A stretch of 64,000 nucleotides of DNA from Ruditapes philippinarum. Lineage: Eukaryota. The stretch is taken from assembly GCF_026571515.1 (NCBI RefSeq), contig NW_026852967.1:1-64000 (forward strand). Direction: 5' to 3'. This document shows, piece by piece, positions 50,117-64,000 of the stretch (its first letter is position 1; each line of letters starts with the position of its first letter). The translations under genes were made by a program, and so were the position numbers. The notes under the pieces are model-generated. The model had not been told where the DNA came from and searched no databases. It saw nothing but the letters and a program-made list of their open reading frames with translations.

Positions 50117-50766
50117 CCCTGCAGGCACATCAACGTTGTTTCAACGTTGAATAATGGTCAGATTTCAACGTTGAAATAAGGTTGGATTTATATTCGGATT
50201 TGAAAGTTTAAACAACGTTGAAATTTCAACGTTGATACAACGTTGCAACTTCAACGTTGGCACAACGTTGAAGTTTCAATGTCATTTCAACGTTGAAAAC
50301 CCACCATACTTTGATTTTAGGATATAAAGCAAAGTAACCGAGTTTAACAAAATATCAAGACAATATTAAATACTTCATATATTTTATTTCAAAAATACAG
50401 TTCAAGTGCAGCTTAAATTCACTATAATACTCAACAATTAAGCTCTTTTCTTTTAGATCTTTCTGGGTATGATGGTGTTTGAGTACTTCTTTGGCTGTCT
50501 CTTACTGCTTCTGCAAATAAAAATAAAAAGTTTGTAGTTAAAATTGACTTAGTCAACTTCAAATTCTATATATAATTACTCATCTTAGTGATTTGTTTTT
50601 ATCTTTAAATGCTTATCTCTAAGATTTACATCATAAAACAGCTTAGCATAGAAATTGACACATAGCTTAGTTTCATACTGACAGCAAATACTGTACATAA
50701 AACAACAAAATCTTTTTAAAAAAGAAGCTATTTAAAAGTCTCACCTATGATTGGTAAGAAAAACTG
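50117..50766 (+). mobile_element. Insertion beginning with clustered CAACGTTG repeats (one-ended DNA element)
   Basis: Present here but absent from the paralogous block at 60421-60450. About 9 CAACGTTG palindromes in 50130-50300. Confidence 0.65.
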
Positions 50767-51665
50767 CTTTTCAGGGTTTTCAATTATCTACAGAGATATA
50801 TAACTTGTTTTAAACTAGCGATCCTTCATGACTAATGATTTTCGGATTTGCGACGAAACGGTCAAAATAAAAAGTAAAGAGTTTGTTGTCGATATTGGGG
50901 TACGAATGTTATATTTTCAATAAAACTGGTTTATGACTCAAGTAATAATTTCCTGCGATTTCTTCGTCCATAACAGGTATGGCCATCAGGATATCGAATA
51001 AACCATGCAATACGACGTCTGATGAAAATTGATGTTTTGTTGTACGACATGAGGGACACTGTTAATCTATTCGATTTGCAGAGTATCCTGCCAATACCTA
51101 AAATTGTTGCCGACATGCTGTGATCAAGAAGAACCAAAATATGCTTCATAAATAGGGGTCATATGAAACAGAGAGACAAGTAAATACCTCTTCAATTATC
51201 CAATCTTTAAATCAGTGCACGTGATATAAAACGATGGCCAATATCACAATACCAAAACTTTTGTGTTGACTTCCGTTGAAATATTCCAACAAAATTTCCC
51301 AAGCATATAGCATGTATAGGCAATATACAAATTTAGTTTAACACGCAGCCAGTGTGAAATATGTTAAATATATATTTCTAAAGAAATTCTTACATGTGAT
51401 AATACAAGTATCTGAAATCTTGTTATATACGTGACTATCAGTTACTTTAATGATAGCATATAAATGCACGAGTATTTACAACACATCCCTTCAGGTTTTA
51501 CAATTGTGTTATCGCAACATCTTAGACCGACATAATATTGAAAAAACAAAACAATTTTAAGCAATAAATAAAACAAAAATGTAAACTACTTCAGTCTACG
51601 TTGTGGTGTTAGAAACATATTAATACTACATCTTCATAGAAAAACTTTTCGATATTAATATTTAC

Positions 51666-52035
51666 TGTTTGTTTGTTTGGGTTTCACCACAGGTAAACGT
51701 TGCGTGGCCATGACTTACACTAAACCCCCGTTCCCCCTCTACAACCCAAAACCCTAAAAAAATTATAAAAAAAAAATTTTTATGACTTAAATATTATTTA
51801 AGTCATAAAATTTTTTTTTTTCATAATTTTTTTTTTAGGGTTTTGGGTTGTAGAGGGGGAACGGGGGTTTAGTGTAAGTCATGGCCACGCAACGTTTACC
51901 TGTGGGTTTCACGTCGCACCGACACGGTATAGGTCCATATGGCGACGTTCCAGGTTTAATGGTGGAGAGAGACCTAATGTGTCCTTCCGTGCATTATTTC
52001 AGGCACGTTGTTTGAAATCAACGGCCACGGACGTC
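51666..52035 (-). mobile_element. Internally deleted family-1 SINE (host of the hairpin element)
   Basis: Reverse complement of the SINE 3' end (gtgcctgaaataatgcacggaagg…gtgtcggtgcgacgtgaaaccc, (AAAC)n tail). Confidence 0.75.
51687..51905. mobile_element. 219-bp hairpin element inserted in a minus-strand SINE tail
   Basis: CCACAGGTAAACGTTGCGTGGCC…GGCCACGCAACGTTTACCTGTGG. The arms are identical except in the poly(A/T) tract. GTTTCA is duplicated at 51681-51686 and 51906-51911. Confidence 0.88.
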
Positions 52036-55000
52036 TTCGATATTAATATGCAACACACAATAACATGAATCATTTTGTCTTTATTAAATATTATAACGCA
52101 TAATGTACATCATGTATTCAAGAAATACAAAACAAAAAACTGATGATGTTTGATTTGTGTGCTTGTGTTGCTGATATAATATATCATATGATACGATATT
52201 TTTCTAGCGGCTTTATCTAATGCAATATTCAATGAGGTCATGAATATATGAGCTTGTTTTCAAATACGATATATTATTAAATACGATATTTAATTACTAA
52301 GTGTTTTCTATCAAAATATGCTTAAAATATAGATATTCGTGCAAGACTTGCTTATGAAGTATAATTTAGAATATTTTGTTATATTTGAGTTATATTTTCA
52401 ATTCAGTGTAATTATACAAGAGAAAACACAAAATTACAATTTATCTGTTTTCTTTTTCTTGATATAAAATCGAGAAAAGTCCTGTATATTACATACGGGA
52501 AATGGGAGCCTATAATTAAGATGTCGATATTTCCACCCATGGGCAATTGATTCGAGCTCTTATTGGTACTTGAATATTCCACATATGGCTCTGAAGAATC
52601 GAAATAGAAAACAATTGATTTGTTAACAGACTAAAATGTAATTTTAAAAACTGCCCATGATTGAATCGTTTTAAAAAAGTATGCTACAGTTACATATAGG
52701 CATAATAACTGTATACGCGAATCATTTCAACTTGCATGGTTTTAAAATGATAACAAAAACAAATTGAGATAGGTGACGCCCAATTGTTTCGCATGAAAAA
52801 CTTCATATTTCTATAATCATATTGTAAAATCCATGATAAGTTAAAAGCCAATAAAACTGTGCATGGTGTTTTGACATAATGTTATTATTTCGATTTTAAA
52901 TATTGAAATATTATGAAGTTTGGAACTATTATTCCGTTGTTTTTTCCAATTATCTACAGAAATGTAGCGATCCGTATTGACTAATGATGTCCGGTTGTTT
53001 TGTGCAGAAAAGGTCAGAATGAAAATTACAATTTTGTGATATTGGTGTTCGATTCTCATAATTTAAAAATAAAGTATGTTTAATGACTGTAATAATTATT
53101 TTCCTTTAATTTCTTCGTCCATATAGGGTATGGCCATCAGCCTATCGAATAAACCTTACAATATGACGTCTCGTTAAAATTGACGTAACGTTGTACGACA
53201 TGTAATTTTCTTTGTTTGAGAGTAGCGAATAAGAAGAAAATTAATTTCCCTGAATGTAATGAGTGACCGCTAGGTGTCGCTATTCGTATAATTTTTGCAC
53301 GTGCAAAATTATCGATTCAATAGTCATTCAGCTTTGGACAGTCAGACTGACCTGTACGCTTATTTTAAATTTTTAGCAAGGTTTTCATATATTGTGGACC
53401 AACATTATGTATAAATGATATTTCAAGTTTTTCATATAGATGTGACGTAATCGTATAAAGTAATATTGCTAGTATTTCATTTAAGTATATTTATCAGAAA
53501 TAATGATATTATAAATGATTACGTGTTTTGCAAAATTGTTAAACATGTAAAAGTCAAGTTTTACTGTATTATTATACAATAATAAGGTTGTATGATGTCA
53601 TATTATAAGTGTTCATCTGACTGTCTAGACGCTTACTCAAATACAGAATTTGTATTGCAACTAGTTGTTGTTTTATATTAAAACAGTTTTAGGTATAGTC
53701 ATACTCTTATGTAAGGGAAGGAATAGTATAAAGGAAATGAGGGATACTGTCATTTTATTCGATTTGCAGAGCATCCTGCCAATTCCTATAAATTGTAAAC
53801 GCAATGCTTTGACCAAGAAGATTCCAAATATCCTTCATAGAACTGAGGTAAAAAAAAAACAGAGGGACAAGGCAATATCTCAACAATAATCCAATCTCCA
53901 AATCAGTACGCGTTAACAAACACACGACCTTATACCAATAATAAAATACCAATCATTACTCGTGTCATATATCACTTTCTACGGTGCAACACTTATACCA
54001 CAATATCGGACTTTGCTTGTTGACTTCCCTCGAAATATTCCAACACATTTTCGAAACATATATAAAAATGATATATACGCAACCAGAATCAACAATGTTA
54101 ACCATATAGCTGAAAAGAAATTTTTACATATGATCATACAAATATTTAAAATTTTATTAGATATATACTTTTACTGAATGAATATTTAAAGTGTTTTTGA
54201 ATGAAATTTTTTATCGCAAAATCTGCTTGTACCTACATAATACTAACTAAACCAATTTTTAAAGCTGCATTTGTTACATTTCATAAAAGCAGAAATAGCC
54301 ACTTTTCGTTTATAAAATGGGTTTCATATCAATTTTCTCTCTTATTTTGGTGTTCAGACGACCAAGGCGAGTTTGATTACCGTAAATATATGCAGCCTCC
54401 TGGTGGCAAAATTGACATTGCATGAGAAACTCCAACTTTGTGTTATTCGAACAGAAAATCAACATACGTGGTTGGTGCCTGTGCTGGTGCCTGTGCTTTT
54501 TATAGTCTTCTTTTGCATGTTACAAGAAAAATATTACATACATTCGTATGTAATATAGGTACGATTGCATACTACTTTTTGTGAAGACTTTATGTTTGCT
54601 GAATTAAAGGTGTAATGTAAAATGAACAAACATGTCATGAGATATTTTATATCTTTAAACATTTTCATGGAATGTAATAAATGTATCATCATATTAAAGT
54701 TGCATGCCTTCAGATGAGAAAAATGATTTCAAGAAAATCAAAATATGAAAAGAAAATTCACGGTCAATTGACTGCTTTGAAGCATAATCACAAAATAAAA
54801 TTACAGGAAATTAAAAAACCTTTTTAATACACTTAAGGTAGAATTTCATTGTAAATCATAGTCACAGATTTGAGATATTATTATTTATTCATATTAACAT
54901 CATTATTGGTTATATATTGATAAAAAAAACGAAAGACACAGTTTGTAAATATTTATTACAATAAAATATGAAAAAGGTATTTTCCATCCTATGCGACGCG

Positions 55001-56021
55001 CCGAGGTTAGCTATAATTAAAATTCCCGCGCAAAGTCGCGGTGGTGCTTGGGATAATCACTTGATACTGTAAATGGCAGCCATTTTACGATACGAAAATG
55101 CCTGGCCCTCCTCGGACAGTTTATCCTGCCGAAAAGATATGAAAAAATACTTGCAATTCAAAGTTTGTTTGCTACATAAAGATTATCGATTTACTCTTTG
55201 CACACTTTTTCTCTGCCTGATTGTAATAATATTGATGTGTTTTCATTGGCTTAAACCATCACGTTATCAATACACATAAAGGTGTGAACTAATTTCGTGT
55301 TCATTAAAATTATTCCGTTAATAGACATATAACAATCTTATTTACAAATGAAATGATAAAACAATAATCCCAGAAGCATTTAAGATAATAACAATCATTG
55401 GAAAAAAATAAATGCATATAAATTGTAAATTTGTGTATGACAACTCACCCCCTAAACAAAACATAATAGACTCAACCAAAACAAGCGCCTGCTTCTTCAC
55501 CTAACTATGTAGTTGCATGACCATGATTAGCAATACAGTAGCAAACCAAATCTAAGAGATAAACCTATTGTAAAAATAATACTATGACCACAGCAGATTT
55601 CGTACAGATAATTAGTAGACGTTACCGAGAATGTTTCCTTTTAAAATAATATTTTACGAACAACATTTGATTAAATCTAAAACAATACTATGCAAAAGGT
55701 TAATAAAAAAGACCGATGGCAAAATATTTTTCTATATTTATAAAATGCGTCTTTAAGCAATTAAGAAAACAAAAGAAACACACTTTGAATAATTTTGAAT
55801 TAAACTTGTTTTGCAACTCAAGGTTATGTGTGTTTCATCTAACTTTATTTCTCTATTAAACAACACTCCTTCGCTGACTAAAACAGCTTTTATTCAACGG
55901 AATACAGTAACGTATTAACAAATACATTTTTCATACACTGCTGCATCTGCGTTGTTGAAAAATCACTAGGTATTAAATAATTGTCTGCGTAAAAGGTTTG
56001 TGTAATTGCATAATACACAAT

Positions 56022-57801
56022 TTAATGTTGCTTTTTGATCTCGAAAGAGAATGAGTGGAATTGTCCTTGTGATTGAGAAGTGCTATTTGTACTTTTAACG
56101 TTGTTTGAGAATTCAACTTCAAGTGGTCCTGAAACGACTTTTACTTTCCCATCACTTCCATAATATGTACTCGCACCTCTAAGTAAGGCGATTATAGTGT
56201 ACTCTGTATCTGGTTCAATATCTACCGGTTTGTCAAACAAAACATTTCCATAATACTTTGACACTTCATACACTACCTTTATATTATTTTCAGATGTCAA
56301 TATAGATGTGTCATTTTGCAAACTCATTGTACCTTCTAAAACATCCTCCGAATTATAAGGAGCAAACAAACTTACACCTACAATCTTACATGGAATGGAC
56401 ACTTTGAAGTTCAAAACATCGGGACTTCCGCCGTAGCACCATGTCTGGTGATAATTCGGTCCAAATCTTTGTACTTCTACAATTTCAGTTCTAAATTTTC
56501 GCTTTTTAGATATTGCTTGAAACGGAAATGATGTTTTCTTGCTAGCTATTCCTGCAATAGTTTGAAATACAAACACTTTTTCTTCTGAAGTCAATATATC
56601 TTCAATGGCCACATTCTCTGCAAATGTTTGGAACGACATTGTAGCAAACCTCACTGAATATATGAGGTCCCCTAACTTACCCCTTTGTGCTAGCTCTGAG
56701 CGCTCATGTTTATCACTTTTACCATTACACTGTGCAATTGCCCATCTCTTGCATGCATTGTATACACATAATTCATCTACAATAAGTTCATCTGATTCAA
56801 TAATTTTCTTAAGAACTTCTTTAGAAATAGTAGACAGACCATCTGATTTTAACACCATTTCAGCGTTCTCCATCCCAAATGTAAGACATCGGTTTTCTAA
56901 ATGAACTTCGTCGAATTGAATTGCGTGTTGCAATATTGTACAAACGTTGTCGGAAGATAAATTTGTGTTCAGGAACTTTTGACATGCTTCTCTGAGACGC
57001 TCCAATCCATACTTCTTGGAACAGTATAGTAGAGCCATTACATTATTCTCGTTAATGCTGCAGTCTTCTGTGTAAATAAACCTTCAAAATTAATAATAAT
57101 TTTAATTTATTGAATAAATTCAATTGCATTGTTATATATTAAAATTGGTAGAAACTAGAAACCTATAATATTGTAATAAATTTATATTTATATTAGCTCT
57201 GGACTTCTCTCACAATCGCCAAAAACATGTAGAAGCCTAAAGCTGAAGTCTAATTGGATCAAATATATTTCTTTTCTTGTCAAACATACTTAAAGTTGGT
57301 GTTTTTCAAACAAATATATTCTCTTTTTACTGGTCTTCTTTTACGTCGTACCAACACAGTAAAGGTCATCTGGCGACTTTTAAGCTTTACTGGTGGAGAA
57401 AGACCTCGGACCCATGCATTATTTCAAAAAATTATATTCAAGGATTTACAGGTATATGAAACATTTTTAATTCTTACGACGGCTGCGAGTGAGGAGTGTA
57501 TTTATAAATCAAAGTATTTGAAGAAAAATATTATGAAGTACCTTAACAAATCGCGGAATATAGCAGGTTCAATATCAGGAACATCAACTGTTTTATTGGT
57601 CTCTGGAAGTGATCCACAAAACATTGTAAAGAAGACTGGACTCCTACTTGCTAATATAAATCGGTGCGCCATTATTTTTTCTTCCTTCCCGCTTCCTACA
57701 AGAAATGTGACGTCACAAAGTCTTTCATTTTGCAACATTCGCCAGTTAGTCTCCTCAAACAATCTGTTGGATTGCCACGCAGGTTCTTTTAAGCATTCCA
57801 T
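56022..57801 (-). CDS. BTB-BACK-PHR protein (BTBD1/2/3/6-like Cullin-3 adaptor), copy C, intact, 439 aa
   Basis: Exons 57801-57542 and 57081-56022 (1320 nt, phase-2 intron at DLLR/FIYT). BTB, BACK and PHR (WCYGGSPD…FDKPVDIEP…TNSTSQSQGQF) are all in frame. Confidence 0.92.
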
Positions 57802-59261
57802 GCTTGTTGGGTTTTGACTCAGCAAAAAAATGTGTAATATCTACAAGAAAAATATGAACGATAATTATCAAAACAATCGATCGTGCAAAGATTACGTTAA
57901 TTGTTAAAACTAAAACACGAACAAACAAACAAACAAATGGAAAAAACTTTGTGCATCAAATCATTTCTGTACGAATGCCTTGTTCTCTTAACGATTGTTC
58001 TTAGTAGCCCAAAGGATTTATTTATTGATAGGTGAGACCCTTGGAAATTATATTGGACCTCTCCCCCACTAACTTAATAATGTGCCCGATCAAGTGCATA
58101 TACTGAGTGAAAATCAAAATATGTTTACATTTTGACAATTTCTTTCAATTTATAATTCATTTCGCATAAACGATAAATAACTAACAATACCCAAGTGAAT
58201 TTATATAAATATACATCGAAATAAACCTTCAGCGTTCAATTTATAAAAGGAGTGTATTTTAAGCAGATAAATAATTTATCCTTAACAATGTTCAAGATCA
58301 ATTATTATAACACCCAGTCTTTTGAAATAATGAGTCAATTCAGTTCAATTTGACAATGAGAATAATGAGCATAATGTCTCTTTAAGATGATATTATAAGA
58401 TTACCAATTGTTTAAAGAACTATCAATTCCTTACACTTATACACAGTATTTAATTTAGAAAACAAGTTACACATCACTGCTCAATGACAGAATGAAGCAA
58501 ATGTTAACATAATTCTTTATATACTCCGAACATTTTTTTTAAAAAGCTTCAAAACATAAAAGAAGAAAAAAACTAGTTTACGCTTAAATTGAAGAAAAAA
58601 TATGCACCGCTTATACATTATGTTCAAAGGTATCTTGTTTACCATTATTTTGTACTGATTATGGGTAAGTTACCGCTGTGTGGAGTTACATACAAAGCTG
58701 TACATTAATTCTGATACCTAAATTGTATAAAAGGCGATTATTTATTTAAAGGTTTGCATGTATCGACATGTATCTTTATGTATCTATTTCAAACTCAAAC
58801 AAACAAACAAACAAATATGATGCTGACTTTATAATGTGATATGGTACGCTCAACATTAAAACACATGCGATATCAAACTATTAATACGATTAAACTCTTA
58901 AACATTACATATATTTCGTGATATTAAATTTAATAAGAGTAAGTTACCTTCAACTCAGTATGACATAGTTTAAATACTTTAACATAAAAGAGAAGCTCTA
59001 TATTCACTTACTTGTGTAATAAAGACTGAAAAAATGTTATCAATCTGTATTTATAATCTGTATCCCCCTTCTAGTTTAAATAATTGCTTTTGTGTAAATC
59101 TAATCTAAGTCCACCTTTTGGAAAACATTGAACTTCCGGGTCGTTTTGATAAACTGCATATCGATCGGTGAACTATAGTGGTTGATTTATGTCATGTATT
59201 TTCGCTCCACTGGGCGCCAGACGAAGACACGAGAATACGAGAACCACTTGCCCCTCATCGC

Positions 59262-60431
59262 TGTGGGTTCGAATCCCGCCAGAGACTTTGGGACGTTATT
59301 CTGCTAACTTACGTAACATCGGTAGTTCTACTCAGGTGCCTGAAAAAATCCTGAAAAAAGCACCTGCTGGGGGTTTCCTCCCTAGTACAGCTGGAACGTT
59401 GTCACAATATGACCTACGTAAAACGTAAAAACGTAATAAACGCCAAAAAAGCGTCCGATATAGAGTAAAGGACGAAAAAAGTAATGGTTTTTCGTCAATA
59501 TAACACATAAGAAAAAGTAAAAGGACCATATTTCTGTCAAACAATAATCAAATAGATCATAAAATACCAAATACTTGATGACAAACTGTCTGTGAGTTTG
59601 GTTGAAATTTAGGGATATTGCACATAGAAGAAAACTGCTTTGCAAAGCCGTTTACCTGATGCCGATCAATAATCTAATTGTCAAAGAACTCTGTTGGAAA
59701 TATTTTTAAATGTATCTTTACTTGAATGTATCACATTTTCCCGTGCAAGTAAACCTGTTATGCTTATGATCAAATAAAAGATTTTGTCGAAGAAACCTTT
59801 TAACTTGCTTAACAGTTTGGGACTACACTACTGTTCTTACAAACTCGTCTGACGTGGACTCTGTCGTCAAAGAAATTCATAGAATCATGGGAGAAATGTC
59901 TGACATAACTATTGAATGTACATGGAACAATTTTTGCCAACGATTAGCTATAATTGTAAGCATGGGGGATTGGTTTATTGACATATCTCCTTGTCTTTTA
60001 AATGAAAGATTACGTTTTGTACGTGCCGGACGTTGCACAGGAGATTTGGTATATCCTGCATAAAAAAGGAGTCACTCTCGAATAAAGATGTGATGTTTAA
60101 ACATAATCCTTCATAATTGAAACTTAAAAGATATGTCTTACTTTGCCAATTGTCAAGATATATTACGTTTTTGATTCCTATATATGTGAATAACGAAGAC
60201 GAGCTGCGTACTTTTTTGCCAATATATATGATACAAATAGTGTGGATTTATTCAATTTAGTTAATTTGATTGTATTTGTTATAACTCAAATGGTCTTAAA
60301 GTATTTAGATAATAGGACACAACGAAGTTGATTAGCTTGAAATAATTGAATAATGGTATTTTTCCCATTACAGTCTACAATACCAGGTCGTTGAGTTGCT
60401 ATAGTGAGATATGGGGCAGAAGAAGTAACTT
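59262..60431 (+). pseudogene. Third SORD-derived fragment (intron-6 SINE, exon 7, start of exon 8)
   Basis: The SINE at 59262-59430 plus its flank matches 25310-25800. Exon-7 copy at 59781-59955 with stops; exon-8 start at 60374-60431. Confidence 0.85.
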
Positions 60432-61539
60432 TTTCAGGATTTTCAATTATCTACAGAGATGTAGAACTTGTTTTAGACTAGCGATCCTTCTTGACTAATC
60501 ATGTTTGGATTTGCGTGGAAATGGTCAAATAAAAAGTAAAGCGTTTGTTGTTGACATTGGGGTACGATTTTAATATTTTCAATAAAACTGTGGTGTATGA
60601 CTCAAGTAATGATTTCCTGCGATTTCTTCGTCCTTATATTGTATGACCATCAGGATATCGAATAAACCATACAATACGACTTCTGATGAAAATTGATGTA
60701 TTGTTGTACGATATGAGGGATACTGTAATTTTATTCGATTTGCAGAGCATCCTGCCAATTCCTTAAACTTGTTGCCGCCATGCTGTGATCAAGAAGAACC
60801 CAAATATGCTTCATAGAACTGAGGTCCTAGGAAACAGAGAATCAAGTCAATACCTCGTCAATTATCCAATCTCTAAATCAGTACACGAGATATAAAACGA
60901 TATTTACGATCTTACGCCAATATCACAATACCAAGTGTTGACTTCCGTTGAAATATCCCAACACATTTTCCCAAGCATATAGACAATATAGTTTAACACG
61001 CATACAATGTCAAGAAAAATGTTAAATATATATTCCTAAAGAAATTCTTACATGTGATAATACAATTATCTGAAATCTTATTATATACATGATTGTCAGT
61101 TACTTCAATGATAGCATATAAATGCACGAGTATTTACAACAAATCCCTTCAGGTTTTACAATTGCGTTTTTGCAACATCTTGGACAGACATAATATTGAA
61201 AAATCAAATTTTAAGCAATAAATAATACAAAAGAAACAACTTTGAATGAAATTTAATTTTAAATTGTTTCTCATTCCAAGTTTCATTCAACTTCAATTTC
61301 TATAACATAACACGCCTTTGCTATGCAGAAGTGTCAACGCTCATCGGTGAAATGTTGACAAATACATTTTTTATTCATACGCACGAATTCTTGTCAAAGA
61401 CGTTGTTTCAAGTTTTCACAAAGTTGACTTACAATCTTCAATAATAAAGGTAAACGATTTTTGCATATGAGTGTGATAACATCACTAGATCTGCACAAAA
61501 GATATGTGCAATTGTATACCATTCAAATTAATGTTGCGG

Positions 61540-63232
61540 TTAGAACTCGAAAGTAATCGAGTGGAATTGTCCTCGCGTGTCAGATGTTTTATTTGTACTA
61601 TTACCGTTGTGTGAAAATACAACTTCAAGTGGTCCTGAAACGACTTTTACTTTCCCACCATTTCCATAATATGTTTTCTCAGCTTTGAGTAAGGCGAATA
61701 TGGAGTAAATTCTTTCTGGTTCAATATCGACTGGTTTGTCGAACAAAACAGTTTCATAATACTTTGACACCCCATACATTATCTTTATATTCTTTTCCGT
61801 TGTCAATACAGATGTGTCATTTTGCAAACCAATTGTGCCCTCTAAAATACCTGCCGAACAAGGAGCAAACAAACTTACACCTACAATCTTACATGGAATG
61901 GACACTTTGAAGTTCAAAACATCGGGATGTCCGCAATAGATCCAGTGCTGATAATAATTCGGTCCAAATCTTTGTACTTCCACAATTTTCGTTCTATAAT
62001 TTCGATTTTTTGATATTGCTTGAAACGGAAATGATGTTTTCTTGCTAACTATTCCTGCTAAAAATTGAAATACAAACACTTTTTCTTCTGGCGTCAGTAT
62101 ATCTTCAACGGCTACACTCTCTGCAAATGTTTGGAACGACATTGTAGCAAACCTCACTGAATATATGAGGTCCCCTAACGCACGCCTTTGATCAAGCTCT
62201 GAATGCTCATGATTATCACTTTTACTATTACACTGTGCAATTGCCCATTTCTTGCATGCATTGTATACACATAATTCATCTGCAATAAGTTCATCTGATT
62301 CAATAACTTTCTTTAAAACTTCTTTAGAAAGAGTAGACAGACCATCAGATTTAAACACTGTCTCAGCGTTCTCCGTCACAAACGTAAGGCATCTGTTTTC
62401 TAAATCAACTTCGTCAAATTGAACAGCATGTTGCAAAATTGTACAAACGTTGTCGGAAGAAATATTTGTGTTAAGGAACTTTTGGCATGCTTCTCTGAGA
62501 CGCTCCAGTTCATACTTTTTTGAACAGTACAGAAGAGCAATTGCTTTATGTTCATTAAGACTGCAGTCTTCCGTATAAATATACCTTCAAATAATTACTA
62601 TAATTAATGCAATAAATTCAACAACATTGTAGTATTTTGATATCGATACAATATTAATAATTTTAATACTTATATGAGCTCTTGAAAATAAACATGAAAT
62701 ATTATCTTTGCATTTTCATAAACATACCATACAGAATCTTAGTGAGTATTATTTTGAATGCAGTCTAAGCGTAAATCTGCAAGGTCTACTTCAATCAGTA
62801 ATTATTCATTTGCGTGTCTAACATGTTGAAAACGGGAAGTAATTACAGATTTTTCAAACAATTATTTTTAAAAATTTCCTAGTATATTAATTTCATCCTA
62901 AGTTCACAAAGTTAATTCTTTTGACGGTTGTAAATAAGGATCAAAGTATTTGAATAAAATATTGTAAAATACCTTAACAAATCGCGGAATATAGCAGGTT
63001 CAATATCAGGAACACCAATTGTTTGACTGGTCTCTGGAAGTGATCCACAAAACATTGTAAAGAAGACAGGACTTCTGCTTGCTAATATGAATCGGTGCGC
63101 CATTATTTTTTCTTCCTTCACGGTTCCTACAAGAAAAGTGACGTCACAAAGTCTTTCATCTTGCAACATTCGCAGGTTTGTCTCCTCAAACAATCTGTTG
63201 GATTGCCACGCAGGTTCTTTTGAGCATGTCAT
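61540..63232 (-). CDS. BTB-BACK-PHR protein, copy D, intact, 434 aa
   Basis: Exons 63232-62973 and 62584-61540 (1305 nt). The stop is 4 codons earlier than in copy C; the old CAA CAT TAA is still visible downstream. Confidence 0.92.
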
Positions 63233-64000
63233 GTTTGTTGGGTTTTAACTCAGCAAGAAGATATGCAATATCTACAAAAAAGGGAACATATGAACGATGA
63301 AATTAAAAGAATCGTGCAAAGATTACGGTAATACGGTAATTATGTAAACTAAATACAAACAAACAAACAAAACAACGTAGTGCAACAAATCAGTTCTTTA
63401 AGAATGTCTTGCTCTCTTAACGATTTTTCTCGGTATGTTTTGGCATATTCCATTTGTTAATGTACTTGTAAATCTAGGTAAAAGAACGTTTTAATAACTA
63501 CTTCATTCATGATGAAACTAGTATTGTTTTACAGAACATTTAAGTTACCTTAAATCTATTTTACAAACAATCAAATGGTACATATATGTGCTATAACTGT
63601 ATTACTGCAGCAGGATAGATTAGCTTTTAGGGGTGAGGCCGTTAAAATTTCATTGGAACCAATTTAAAAATACGCTTCAAAATATGGCCCTATTAAACAG
63701 ATAGGGCAATCGTTACACAAGTGCATCATTATAAGATGTATGCACAGCATTAAAAACGAATTCTAACGTTACAGGTGAGAACACGAAAATACGAAAAAGT
63801 GATGAATTTCTCGTACTTTTGCCCCGTGGGTCAGCTGACGAAGACACCAGAATACCACAAAGTGGTCACCGTGACTCTTTTGTAATTTCTTGTTTTCGCC
63901 TGGCGTCACGAGTGGCGCCCTGCAAAGTGAAAGGCAAAAACACAAAAACAGAATCACAAAGTATAATATCGTATTTTTTATGTTACACTTATCAGATACA

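Overview
AT-rich eukaryotic (intron-containing) animal DNA. The repeat repertoire and gene families suggest a bivalve mollusc, but this is inference. All gene models below were spliced by hand from GT-AG sites. In order, the genes are: an 8-exon aldo-keto reductase (+, 1398-8503); two RING-less B-box/coiled-coil/NHL-propeller TRIM-like genes (-, 10657-12670 and 13373-15121); a 9-exon zinc-dependent sorbitol-dehydrogenase-like gene (+, 17412-27083); and a tandem array of four BTB-BACK-PHR (BTBD1/2/3/6-like Cullin-3 adaptor) genes on the minus strand. Two BTB copies are intact and two are disabled. They are interleaved with duplicated, decayed 3' fragments of the SORD-like gene. The most striking structure is a 7.5-kb foldback element (40065-47547). 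It sits inside a duplicated SORD exon with a 9-10 bp target-site duplication, its arms are inverted arrays of a 71-bp satellite, a SINE lies at its symmetry axis and a mariner relic is nested in its left arm. Also present are a complete 430-bp miniature LTR retroelement (two LTRs, PBS, PPT, 4-bp TSD), a Helentron-type element with internal tandem repeats, several hairpin MITEs and tRNA-derived SINEs.
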